From positions 3,133-67,132 of the forward strand of contig JBHHWH010000001.1 of assembly GCA_046756405.1 (NCBI GenBank): 64,000 bases of DNA, in the 5' to 3' direction. Of this stretch, positions 19,178-28,222 are shown piece after piece (within the stretch, counting starts at the first letter, position 1; each line of letters begins with the position of its first letter). Under the pieces are notes generated by a model, which had not been told where the DNA came from, searched no databases, and was given only the letters and a program-made list of their open reading frames with translations. A program made the position numbers and the translations under genes. The stretch is from Acidimicrobiia bacterium. Lineage in GTDB: Bacteria > Actinomycetota > Acidimicrobiia > Spongiisociales > ZC4RG35.

Positions 19178-22100
19178 TCACGAGGCCCGATATCTGGTCC
19201 CCCGGGTGGCGAGGCGGCAACCAGCCTCGCGCAGCGCCTTCAAGTCGCGTCCCACCGTCGAGGCACTCACCCCTAGTGCCTCGGCGAGCTGTTCGATCGA
19301 GGGCAGTGCCCCCTGGTTACGGGCTTCGGTCACGAGCCTCTGCAGTCGGCGGCGCCGCCGCTCCACGGGCGACGGAATCTCCTCGTCATCGGGGTGGGCA
19401 ACGGTCCAGATGACATGCACCAGCTCGCCGGCGGCGAGGGGTCGACCCAGGGGGCTTCCCATCGCGGGCAGCATCACCTCGATCTGTCGGGGTGAGACCC
19501 GCTTCCAGGTCTCGACGATCTCAGCATGCTCTGGGACTCGCTCCAGCGCCTTCGCTCGCTCGTCGTCCGTAAGCCCTTCCAGGGTGGCAAGGAGTAAGCG
19601 GTGGGCCTTCTCGGCAGCACGCCGGGCTTCCTTGACCTCACCGGCCGCCGCGGCGGCGACGGAATGCCGGTGGTGTACCAGATGGGCACGCTCGACCCCC
19701 GGCACGAGCTGGTCGACTGCTTGGCGGGCAGTGGCGAGGGCGGTGTCTACGTCTCCGATGGCCAACAGGACTGCCCCGCGGATAGAGAGCAGCTCCACGC
19801 CCAGGGAAGCTTGAGCGGTCTCCCGGCACACGACATCAGCTTGGTCGAGGACGGCCAGGGCCTCCTGGTGCCTTCCTGAGCCCAGATACAACAAGGCCAG
19901 GGAACGAAGGTGCTGACCCTCGAGGGAACGGTTGCCGCTCCCGCGAAGCTTGTCCAGGCTCTCGGCGAGGAGTTGGCCTGCTTCGTCGTTCCGACCCTCG
20001 AGGAGGGCTGCCCCGGCCAGGATCTCCAAGCATTGGGCCTCTCGGGCGGGATCACCGATGCTCACGAATTGGTTCATCGCCCGCCGTGCATCGGCTCGGG
20101 CCCGTTCAGCGTCGCCGAGGAGGCTGAGACGGACCGATGCTGCGTTGACAAGCACCATCGATTCACCGCGACGGTCGCCGAGATCGGAGAAGACGTGCGC
20201 CGCCTGCCCATAGCTGGAGAGGGCCTCCGCTACCTGACCCATGTAGTAGTGGAGGTTGGCTTGGTTCACCAGATTTACACCCTCGCCATGGCGATAGCCG
20301 ATCTTCCGGCAGATCTCGATAGCAGTCCCGTAGCGGGCCAGCGATCCCGAGGCGTCGCCCAGCTGGCGAAGGGCGCGCGCCTCGATGCCCAAAACCTCTG
20401 CTTCACCGCGGAGATCGTCGAGTTCCCCGAAGAGAGAACGCGCACCGGTCAGATGCGGAAGCGCATCGGTGCACCGCTGCACTTCGACCAGAGTGCTACC
20501 CAACTCGGTGTGGGCCTGAGCTCGTATCTGATCGTCGTCGGCTGCTGAAGCCACCGCCGCTTCCAACTGGGATACCGCACGCAGGGGGTGCCCCGACCAG
20601 CGCAGACAGGTACCCAATGCCACCAGGGCCGCCGCCAACGCACCTTGGTCACCCCGGAGACGCTCCACCTCCACGGCGTGGCGAGCCGCCTCTTCGGCCT
20701 CGGCGAAACGGCCCAAATGAGCAAGGAACCAAGCCCTTCGCCGTTCGAGATCGCCCTCCAAAGCGGGGTTGGTCTCGACGAGGGTCATCATCTCCTCAAT
20801 CACCTCGCCCTGTTCGCTGCGAAGGCCCAACACGTCAAGGACGAACTCCAGGTGGCCAGCCACTCGGTATCGTTCCTCCGGCGCCCACATCGCCCGCGTT
20901 GCTGCCAGATGGGCTGCCCGGAAGTGCTGGCGGGCGGTCGCAAAGGCGTGAAGCTCCTCGGCCCGGAGGCCCGCATCGAGTAGGAACCGAGCTGCCCGCT
21001 CAGGGATCCCGCCCTCCCAATAGTGGTGGCCCAGGGCCGCCACATCTTCTGAGCTGATTTCGACCAATGCCTCCGCCACCCGGCGATGCAACTCGGTGCG
21101 GAGACCCTCCTCGAGACCCTCGTAGACGACCTGGCGTACTAGGTCGTGGGCTATCCGATAGAGGCCAGGACCCGCCTCTTCGAGGAGCCCACGATGAACG
21201 AGATCCTCGACGGCATCCAGCAGCGAAACCCGGGGGGATCCACTGACCGTCTCCAGTACTGCCAGGTCGGCGACACCACCGCACACCACGGCGACCTCGA
21301 AAACTGCTCGGGCGTCTTGGCCGAGCAGTGAGACGCGAGAGTCGACGACCGACCTCACCCGGGGGGCGACCGGGACCCTTCGGCCGGCGAACTCCTTCTC
21401 GAGAACTTCGCCTGGATCACCACCGGTCTCGAATAGACCCTGGTCACGGAGGGTCAGCAACGTCTCCAACGTGAATAAGACGTTCCCGCCGGTCTGGCGG
21501 TGCAGGCGGACTGCCACCGTCGGATCCAAGTTGGTCAAGCCCAGGATGGTCTTGACCATGTCGCCAAGCTCGAAAACGGACAAAGGCGAGAGCACGACTC
21601 TCCCCAGGCCTGCAACACGGTCCAGATCGCGGAGGAGGTCCCACACCTCCATGTCACTTCGACCTTCCTCGCTCCTGTAGAGCAGGAGCAGCAGGACGCG
21701 CGAACCGGGAAGCCGAGAGCCGAGCTGGGCGAGCACACCGAGTGTGTCCCGGTCGACCCAATGCACATCATCGAGAATCACCAGATGCGGGGCGATCCGG
21801 CCCAAGGCTCCGATCGTGGTGACGAGCGCCTCCTGCATCCGCGTCGACTCCTCCGCCGGACGCAGCGGGGTCGATCGAGAAGACGCTGGCTGCCGTCCCC
21901 CGAGGAAGGGGGCGAGTCGCATGGCCTCTCCAAGCCAGACCGGCTCGAGTTCCTCGGCGAGCTGCTCAGCCCTGAGAGGGCTGATTGACTCCAATACCTC
22001 AGCCAGCGGACCGAAGGGGCGAACGGTCCCCTCATCGCAAGTACCCCAACTGACTTCGAATCCACGCCAGCGGGCGGCGTCTGCCGCCTCCAGGGCCAGC

Positions 22101-23074
22101 CGGGTCTTGCCGATGCCGGGTTCCCCCTCCACCAGCACCACGCCGCCATGGCCGGCGAGCACCCGCTCCATGGCGCTGACGATGGTGCGCCGCTCCTCTT
22201 CTCGCCCGACAAAGGGAGTGCCGGACCGAGCACCCAACACGGAGGCGCGTTCCTCACCGCCCAGCGGCCGGATCGCGGCTCGCCGCTGCTTGAGGATTCG
22301 CCGGTACAGATCCACAGTGGGCTGGGAGGGCTCGGCACCCAGCTCCTCGGCCAGCACCGACCTGCACCGTTCGAACTGCTGCACCGCTTCGCTGGTACGC
22401 CCCAGAAGAAAGCAGAGCCGCATGACCTCCTGGTGTGCTTCTTCGCGAAGGGGATCGTGGTGGGTGAGCCGTCGAGCGTGGGCCAGAGCCTCTTCGTAGT
22501 CACCGTGGGCTTTGGTCACTTCAACGAGACGGCTCAGAGCCGCAAGGTAGCGCTGTCGGTAATGGTCCTGTTCGACGGTCACCCAGTCGTCGAAGAACCC
22601 TGCAAGGAAGTCGCCTCGATACAGCTCAACACAGGTACGCAGGGCCGCGGCGTCTCCGGAGCGGCTCAGGACGGAGTCACGCCGTGATATCTGGAGAGAC
22701 TCAAAGATCACATCGAATTCCTCGACGTCCAGCCAGTAGGGGACCGAAGTGTCGAAGCTGAGAGTGTCCGCCGTGGTCACCAAATGTGCCTCTTGATCGC
22801 CGCCCACCGTGTCCTGTATCTGCCACAGAGTGTGGCTGAGCCGACGCCGCGCCCGCCCCTCAGGAAGATCGGGCCAGAACAGACCGGCGAGGAAGTCTCT
22901 TTGTAGAGGTCGGCCCCGGTGCATTGCGAGATAGGCGAATAGCGATCTCCCAGAACGTGAGGCAATCGGCGCCAACGGCCTGCCCCCGCGTTCCAAGAAG
23001 AAGCCACCGAATAGGTATACCCGCAGCGGATCCATGACATCCATCCTGGCCGTCGGCCGAGCCGGGCCCAGCAC
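19178..23074 (-). CDS. Large multidomain transcriptional regulator: N-terminal SARP/BTAD (OmpR-type winged helix), P-loop NB-ARC/AAA ATPase, TPR repeats, and a C-terminal DeoR-like HTH.
   Basis: N-terminus LRVYLFGGF...LFAYLAMHRG...YRGDFL (SARP, AfsR/DnrI-like). Walker A GEPGIGKTRLALEAA, and a long TPR-like alpha-helical region. The C-terminal segment PSIEQLAEALGVSASTVGRDLKALREAG is HTH-like. GTG start. My hand indexing near the start codon was off by 1 nt. Confidence 0.8.
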   Translation of the reverse strand: MLGPARPTARMDVMDPLRVYLFGGFFLERGGRPLAPIASRSGRSLFAYLAMHRGRPLQRDFLAGLFWPDLPEGRARRRLSHTLWQIQDTVGGDQEAHLVTTADTLSFDTSVPYWLDVEEFDVIFESLQISRRDSVLSRSGDAAALRTCVELYRGDFLAGFFDDWVTVEQDHYRQRYLAALSRLVEVTKAHGDYEEALAHARRLTHHDPLREEAHQEVMRLCFLLGRTSEAVQQFERCRSVLAEELGAEPSQPTVDLYRRILKQRRAAIRPLGGEERASVLGARSGTPFVGREEERRTIVSAMERVLAGHGGVVLVEGEPGIGKTRLALEAADAARWRGFEVSWGTCDEGTVRPFGPLAEVLESISPLRAEQLAEELEPVWLGEAMRLAPFLGGRQPASSRSTPLRPAEESTRMQEALVTTIGALGRIAPHLVILDDVHWVDRDTLGVLAQLGSRLPGSRVLLLLLYRSEEGRSDMEVWDLLRDLDRVAGLGRVVLSPLSVFELGDMVKTILGLTNLDPTVAVRLHRQTGGNVLFTLETLLTLRDQGLFETGGDPGEVLEKEFAGRRVPVAPRVRSVVDSRVSLLGQDARAVFEVAVVCGGVADLAVLETVSGSPRVSLLDAVEDLVHRGLLEEAGPGLYRIAHDLVRQVVYEGLEEGLRTELHRRVAEALVEISSEDVAALGHHYWEGGIPERAARFLLDAGLRAEELHAFATARQHFRAAHLAATRAMWAPEERYRVAGHLEFVLDVLGLRSEQGEVIEEMMTLVETNPALEGDLERRRAWFLAHLGRFAEAEEAARHAVEVERLRGDQGALAAALVALGTCLRWSGHPLRAVSQLEAAVASAADDDQIRAQAHTELGSTLVEVQRCTDALPHLTGARSLFGELDDLRGEAEVLGIEARALRQLGDASGSLARYGTAIEICRKIGYRHGEGVNLVNQANLHYYMGQVAEALSSYGQAAHVFSDLGDRRGESMVLVNAASVRLSLLGDAERARADARRAMNQFVSIGDPAREAQCLEILAGAALLEGRNDEAGQLLAESLDKLRGSGNRSLEGQHLRSLALLYLGSGRHQEALAVLDQADVVCRETAQASLGVELLSIRGAVLLAIGDVDTALATARQAVDQLVPGVERAHLVHHRHSVAAAAAGEVKEARRAAEKAHRLLLATLEGLTDDERAKALERVPEHAEIVETWKRVSPRQIEVMLPAMGSPLGRPLAAGELVHVIWTVAHPDDEEIPSPVERRRRRLQRLVTEARNQGALPSIEQLAEALGVSASTVGRDLKALREAGCRLATRGTRYRAS

Positions 23075-23263
23075 CGGCCCGCGCTACCCAAGGACTCTAC
23101 CCATCCAGGGGTGGCCGGCAAGAGACTGGCAGGTGATCCGCCCGGGGGCCCTCTCACCACCAGGTCATGTCGACGGCTAAGAGCCCTACCGACCTCGTAC
23201 AGACGAGAGTCCAAGGCGGAGCCGACTGGATAGCGATTCCGGGCTGGTTGGGTAATCGCCCCG

Positions 23264-24043
23264 TCAGTCCGTAGCCCAGAACTCCTCGAGGCGAGCAACA
23301 AACCGGTCGGGGTCGACCAGATGGGGGTAGTGGCCGAGACCGTCCCACACCTCCACCGTCGCCGAAGAGACGAGTCCGGTCAGCCATGAGGCGTAGCCAG
23401 GACCGGGATCGATGCCATGGATCGCCAGGTAGGGGCAGGCAATGGGCGCCAGTGCCTCCTCCACCATGGCGGACACCTCCTGGGCAGGGGACTCGAGGAT
23501 CGGTGTCCAGATCCCCAATACGACCTCCTGGTCTGGGTTGCGGTTGGTCTCGAGTCGTGCCCTCTCCTCGTCGGGGAGAGCATCCCCGTAGAGCTGGCCG
23601 AAGAGACCAGCGATCACCATGGGGAAGGACTCCGGATCCGCCAGAGCCGGAGCCACCTCGGCTAGCTGCGCCTGGAACTCGTCGAGCTTGAGCGGCTGGT
23701 CGACGTTCACCACCGAGCGAGCGGGGAACCCTCCCGCCAGGGCGCTCACCACCGCCCCACCCAGAGAGTGGCCCACCAGGCGGGGATTAGAGATACCCTC
23801 GGCCATTGCCACCGAGGCAACATCACCGGCCATAGAACCCAGGTCGTAGGAGGGCCCTTTGTCAGAAGCGCCATGACCGCGTAAGTCTGGAACGATCACC
23901 CGATATCGGTCGGCGAGGCGGGCAGTGACAGGATCCCAGCTCCGACCCGACTCGGTGATCCCGTGGACCAGGATCACCGGATCTCCGACACCTCCAACCT
24001 CGTAGTGGATGGTGGTCCCGTCCGGGGACGTTGCGATCGGCAT
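23264..24043 (-). CDS. Alpha/beta hydrolase fold protein.
   Basis: ILVHGITESGRSW, the nucleophile elbow GHSLGG, and the overall alpha/beta hydrolase pattern. Confidence 0.8.
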   Translation of the reverse strand: MPIATSPDGTTIHYEVGGVGDPVILVHGITESGRSWDPVTARLADRYRVIVPDLRGHGASDKGPSYDLGSMAGDVASVAMAEGISNPRLVGHSLGGAVVSALAGGFPARSVVNVDQPLKLDEFQAQLAEVAPALADPESFPMVIAGLFGQLYGDALPDEERARLETNRNPDQEVVLGIWTPILESPAQEVSAMVEEALAPIACPYLAIHGIDPGPGYASWLTGLVSSATVEVWDGLGHYPHLVDPDRFVARLEEFWATD

Positions 24044-24090
24044 CAGTTCCTCCTAATCAGTCTGGCGGGAACCCTATTCGCGGCGGGCGA

Positions 24091-24594
24091 TCAACGCTTC
24101 CAATCACGCCAGTCGCGCCACGTAGGTTCGGAACAGCTCCCCGGCCTCGGGGTCGGCGATGGAAGCAAGGAGCGCCGCGGCGTCATCTCTCGGGTCGAAC
24201 ACACCGGGATCCAGAAACGGGCATCCTCTGCGGCGACACGGAGATCACAGGCGGCAGCCAGCACCACCGCACCACCAACGCAGTGCCCTCGAATGGAGGC
24301 CACGGTGATTTGGGGCAACGCGGCCAGGGAGTCGGCGGCCACTCGACCCAAGTCGGCGGTCTCATCGGGCGTCGATTCGAACTCTTCTGCGAAGGCAGGC
24401 AGGTCGGCACCCGCCGAGAAGTTGGGTCCGGAGCCCTCCAGGACTACCACCCCCACCTGGTCCTCGGCGTTCAGGCTGGTACACACTGCAATCAACTCGC
24501 GAAGGAGATCAGGCGAGAGGGCGTTTAGCTTGTCGGGTCGGTTCAACATGACCCGGGCAACCCGTCCTTCCACGTTGAACTCAACCAGGGACAT
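24091..24594 (-). pseudogene. Truncated enoyl-CoA hydratase/isomerase (crotonase) remnant.
   Basis: The first roughly 135 aa are crotonase-like (VARVMLNRPDKLNAL...NFSAGADL...IRGHCVGGAVVLAAACDLRVAAEDARF). The frame then runs into non-protein-like sequence, and only about 150 nt remain before the next gene, so the C-terminal half of the fold is missing. Compare the intact paralogue at 28781-29572. Confidence 0.5.
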
Positions 24595-24644
24595 CGACCC
24601 TCCTCACGTTCCCAATGGCCAACCACCCTAGAAGACACCGCGCC

Positions 24645-25613
24645 TCAGACGGTGATGACGACCTTGCCCCGGGCGTGGCCCTCCTCCAGATAGCGGATCG
24701 CCTCAGGCACCTCCGCGAGGGTGTAGACACGATCGATGACCGGAGCCAGCTCACCGGAAGCCATCCAACCGGCCAGGGTCTCGAGATCCTCGCGCCTCGC
24801 CTGGGCCAGCATGGGAACCATGCGCGGCGATCCGATCAGTGAGCCAACAGCAACCTTGGCCAGGTGGACGATCGGCCCGATCCAGTCGCCCATCTCGACG
24901 GCGCCCACCGCCACATACACCCCGTCCGGCTTCAGTACCCGCCGGTAAGCCGAGAGGGTCTTCGTGAAGACGGTGTCGAAGATGACGTCGTAACGACGGT
25001 CGGTCGCAGTGAAATCGTCCCGGGTGTAGTCGATGACCTCGTCGGCACCGATCGACCGCACCATTTCTAGGTTTCGAGTGCTGGTCACCCCGGTGACTTG
25101 GGCACCTAGCGCCTTGGCGATCTGCGTGGCACAGGTCCCAACCCCGCCGGAGGCACCATTTACCAAAACCCGCTGACCCGGTCGGAGACGGGCCTTGTCC
25201 CTCAATCCCTGGAGGGCCGTAAGGCCCGCCACCGGCACCGCGGCCGCAGCTTGGAACGAAATCCCGACGGGTTTGATCGCCAGCGCGTGCTCGGACGCTG
25301 CTACGTACTCGGCGAGGCTGCCCGCCACTTCACCGAAGACCTCGTCGCCCGGTTGGAACCGACTTACATCCCGGCCCACCGCCTCGACGACCCCGGACAT
25401 GTCGGCGCCGCGACGTTGCCGTTTCGGCCTTCCGAGTCCGGTCTGGAGCCGGACCAGGCGGGGCAAGCCCCTCATGTAGTGCCAGTCGAGGGGGTTCACT
25501 GAGGCGGCCCTAACCTTCACGAGCACCTGGTCATCGCCCACACCCGGCGGGTCCACCTCCTGGAGGCGGAGCACATCGGGAGAGCCGTACTCGGAATGGA
25601 CTATCGCCTTCAA
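24645..25613 (-). CDS. Zinc-independent MDR-family NAD(P)H quinone oxidoreductase / alcohol dehydrogenase-like protein.
   Basis: GroES-like N-terminus (MKAIVHSEYGSPDVLRLQEV...VLVKVRAASVNPLD) and the Rossmann motif VLVNGASGGVGTCATQIAKALGAQV. Confidence 0.85.
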   Translation of the reverse strand: MKAIVHSEYGSPDVLRLQEVDPPGVGDDQVLVKVRAASVNPLDWHYMRGLPRLVRLQTGLGRPKRQRRGADMSGVVEAVGRDVSRFQPGDEVFGEVAGSLAEYVAASEHALAIKPVGISFQAAAAVPVAGLTALQGLRDKARLRPGQRVLVNGASGGVGTCATQIAKALGAQVTGVTSTRNLEMVRSIGADEVIDYTRDDFTATDRRYDVIFDTVFTKTLSAYRRVLKPDGVYVAVGAVEMGDWIGPIVHLAKVAVGSLIGSPRMVPMLAQARREDLETLAGWMASGELAPVIDRVYTLAEVPEAIRYLEEGHARGKVVITV

Positions 25614-25704
25614 GGACTCTCCTGGTACCGGTGAGGTGCTGGACCGACCCTACCCGGGCCCGTCCCTTGACGGGACCGATGATCTCAGGGATACTCCCCG
25701 CTTC

Positions 25705-25743
25705 ATGAAGTTCCACGGTCCAGCCCTCATCATCATTCCGTAG
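25705..25743 (+). CDS. Candidate Ile-rich leader peptide MKFHGPALIIIP (12 aa) for attenuation control of cimA.
   Basis: ATG...TAG mini-ORF ending in three consecutive Ile codons (ATC ATC ATT). It runs directly into overlapping alternative hairpins and a terminator-like stem-loop about 100 nt upstream of the cimA start. Confidence 0.45.
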   Translation: MKFHGPALIIIP

Positions 25744-25778
25744 GCGCATACGTCGTCCTACGGCGTGTGCGCCGCCCC

Positions 25779-25810
25779 AGCCCTTCGGAAGACCCGGAGG
25801 GCTTTCTGTT
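25779..25810 (+). terminator. Putative attenuator terminator upstream of cimA.
   Basis: 10-bp stem AGCCCTTCGG / CCGGAGGGCT (one mismatch) with a 5-nt loop, followed by TTCTGTT. It is preceded by the overlapping alternative stems CCGTAGG...CCTACGG and GGCGCATACG...CGTGTGCGCC (25738-25772). Confidence 0.45.
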
Positions 25811-25839
25811 ACCCCTCCGACCTCCCCAGGAACCACACG

Positions 25840-27468
25840 ATGTATGACAAACGCACCATCGAGATCTACGACACCACCCTCCGCGACGGCACCCAACAGG
25901 AGGGTATTTCGCTGACGGTTGGCGACAAGCTGGCCGTGGCCCGCCTCCTCGACGAACTCGGCGTCGCCTACATCGAAGGCGGCTGGCCCGGTGCCAACCC
26001 TAAAGACGACGAGTTTTTCGCCCGTGCCCGCCGCGAGCTCGGGCTCGAGAACGCAACCCTGGTGGCCTTCGGCTCCACCCGCCGACCCCGAAGTCACGCT
26101 GATGACGACCCCCAGCTTGCCGCCCTTCTCGCCGCTGATACCGAGGTGATCTGCCTGGTCGGCAAGGCCTGGGACTACCACGTCGAACACGCTCTACGGG
26201 CCAGCCGGGATGAGGCGCTGGCCATGGTGGAGGACTCTGTGGCCTATCTACGCGGTCAGGGAAAGCGGGTGTTCTTCGACGCCGAGCACTTCTTCGACGG
26301 GTACCGCTCCGACTCCGACTTCGCACTAGCCGTCCTCCGAGCCGCGCGCGATGCCGGAGCCGAGAGGATCATCCTCTGCGACACCAACGGTGGCTTCCTC
26401 TCCCACGAGGTGCAGCGCATCGTAGGCGAAGTGGGCGAGGCCCTGGGTGATGCCACCCTGGGATGCCATTTCCACAACGACACCGGCATGGCGGTAGCCA
26501 ACTCCATCACCGCGGTCCTCGAAGGAGTCCACCAAGTCCAGGGATGCATCAACGGCTACGGGGAACGCACCGGCAACGCCGACCTGTGCTCACTGATCCC
26601 CAACTTGGCGGTGAAGATGGGCCTTGAGGCCCTTCCCGAAGATCGCCTGGCCAAGCTGACCATGATCTCCCACCACGTGGCCGAGATCGTCAACCAGACC
26701 CTCGACCCTCACCTTCCCTATGTCGGCGCCTCGGCCTTCACCCACAAGGCGGGGCTGCACACCTCAGCGCTGGCGAGGCGGCGTGATGCCTACGAGCACC
26801 TCGACCCGGCAGTGGTCGGTAACGGCACCAGGGTGGTGGTCTCCGAGCTTGCGGGACGGTCGACGGTGCTGGCCAAGGCCGAAGCCCAGGGTCTCGAGCT
26901 CAGCCCCGGAACAGCACAGCAGCTCGTCGACAGGATCAAAGAGCTGGAACACGAGGGATACCAGTTCGAAGCCGCCGACGGATCCTTCGAGCTTCTCCTC
27001 CGCGAAGCCCAGGGATGGAGCCAGGACTTCTTCCAACTGGAGTCCTACCGGGTTTTCGTGGAGCATCGCAACGGCGAGGTGGTGGCCGAGGCCACCATCA
27101 AAGTCCGTGTCAATGGTGAAAGGGTTGTCGCCACCCGGGAGGGAGACGGGCCGGTGAGCGCCCTCGACCGGGCCCTTCGGGCAGCCCTGGGCGACGCCTA
27201 CCCTGAACTTGAGGGCATCCGGCTGATCGACTACCGAGTCCGGGACCTCGACTCCTCCGACGGCACCAGCGCCCGGGTACGGGTCCTCTGCCAGCACTCC
27301 GACGGCCTCCGAACCTGGGGCACCGTCGGAGTCCATGAGAACATCATCGACGCCTCCTGGGAAGCCCTCGTCGACGGAGTCGTCCTCGGTCTGCTCTATG
27401 GGAGGAACGGCCAGTCTGTTGGCCAGCGCTCAGGCAACCAGAGCCGGCCAGGACGGAAGATCTCATAA
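25840..27468 (+). CDS. cimA: (R)-citramalate synthase (CimA; LeuA/HCS family).
   Basis: IEIYDTTLRDGTQQEGISL...IEGGWPGANPKDDEFF closely matches the N-terminus of characterised CimA-type enzymes. TIM-barrel HxH metal site (CHFHNDTGMA) and a C-terminal LeuA-dimer regulatory domain. AGGAA SD 8 nt upstream of the ATG. Confidence 0.85.
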   Translation: MYDKRTIEIYDTTLRDGTQQEGISLTVGDKLAVARLLDELGVAYIEGGWPGANPKDDEFFARARRELGLENATLVAFGSTRRPRSHADDDPQLAALLAADTEVICLVGKAWDYHVEHALRASRDEALAMVEDSVAYLRGQGKRVFFDAEHFFDGYRSDSDFALAVLRAARDAGAERIILCDTNGGFLSHEVQRIVGEVGEALGDATLGCHFHNDTGMAVANSITAVLEGVHQVQGCINGYGERTGNADLCSLIPNLAVKMGLEALPEDRLAKLTMISHHVAEIVNQTLDPHLPYVGASAFTHKAGLHTSALARRRDAYEHLDPAVVGNGTRVVVSELAGRSTVLAKAEAQGLELSPGTAQQLVDRIKELEHEGYQFEAADGSFELLLREAQGWSQDFFQLESYRVFVEHRNGEVVAEATIKVRVNGERVVATREGDGPVSALDRALRAALGDAYPELEGIRLIDYRVRDLDSSDGTSARVRVLCQHSDGLRTWGTVGVHENIIDASWEALVDGVVLGLLYGRNGQSVGQRSGNQSRPGRKIS

Positions 27469-27731
27469 CCCAGGACCACCGATAGGGTCGGCGGTGGAAC
27501 CCTGGAGGAGACCACGACCGACCACAAAGCGAGCCCCAACCCCACGGGCATCGGGCCGAAGTTGGCCACCGGCACCCTCATCGGCACTGCGCTCGGTGCC
27601 ATTTTCGGCGTGACCATCGGCGATCTGAGCGCAGGGGTCCTGCTCGGAGGCATGATCGGGCTGGGCTCGGTGCTCCTCTGGAACGCGGTCGAAGACGACT
27701 GAACTCCCCCGGCCCTGCACGAACCCAGAGG

Positions 27732-28145
27732 CTAGGGCGCGGAGCTGAGCTGCTGGATAAGTCCGTAGATGTCCCCCAGGACCCAGACTTCACGGATCAG
27801 CCCATCCTCGATGGTGAACACCGCGGCACCGGCATACTCGAATCGCCTTCCGGTAGGCGCCAGGCCAAACACCTCCCCTTCGTGAGTGCCGGTGTAGGAG
27901 AGCAGAGCGAAGGTCTTATCACCCTCGCTAATGGTCTCGGTGACCTCATTGTGGAAGTCGGACGAGAACGACTGGATGAAGTCCACATAGTCCCCGAGCT
28001 GGTCGAATCCCACCTTGACCTGGCCGAGAGACCCCCGGAACCGGATGTCGGGGTGGAGGAACTCGGAGAAGACCGTCTTGTCGAATCGGTTCCACATGTC
28101 TTCGTAGAACCGTTCGATCAAGGCGAGGTGCTGGGGGTTCGCCAC
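27732..28145 (-). CDS. SnoaL-like / NTF2-fold (ester cyclase-like) protein.
   Basis: 137 aa with the typical SnoaL-like N-terminus (LIERFYEDMWNRFD) and a cone-shaped alpha+beta length. Confidence 0.55.
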   Translation of the reverse strand: MANPQHLALIERFYEDMWNRFDKTVFSEFLHPDIRFRGSLGQVKVGFDQLGDYVDFIQSFSSDFHNEVTETISEGDKTFALLSYTGTHEGEVFGLAPTGRRFEYAGAAVFTIEDGLIREVWVLGDIYGLIQQLSSAP

Positions 28146-28184
28146 CCGCCGAGTCTACGGGTGTACCCCCCTAGATCGGATCTC

Positions 28185-28222
28185 GAGGCCTTTTCCCCTA
28201 CGCGCGTAGGGTAAAAGGCCTC
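28185..28222. promoter_or_regulatory. 38-bp imperfect palindrome in a divergent promoter region (candidate operator).
   Basis: GAGGCCTTTTCCCCTACGCG|CGTAGGGTAAAAGGCCTC, with one mismatch in 19 bp per arm, centred on GCGC. It lies between the divergently transcribed SnoaL-like gene and the membrane-protein gene. Confidence 0.35.

Noticed and set aside
24183-24410. 75-aa ORF overlapping the truncated crotonase in another frame.
   Set aside because: Pro/Trp-rich junk with no motif; it lies inside the recognisable crotonase N-terminal coding region.
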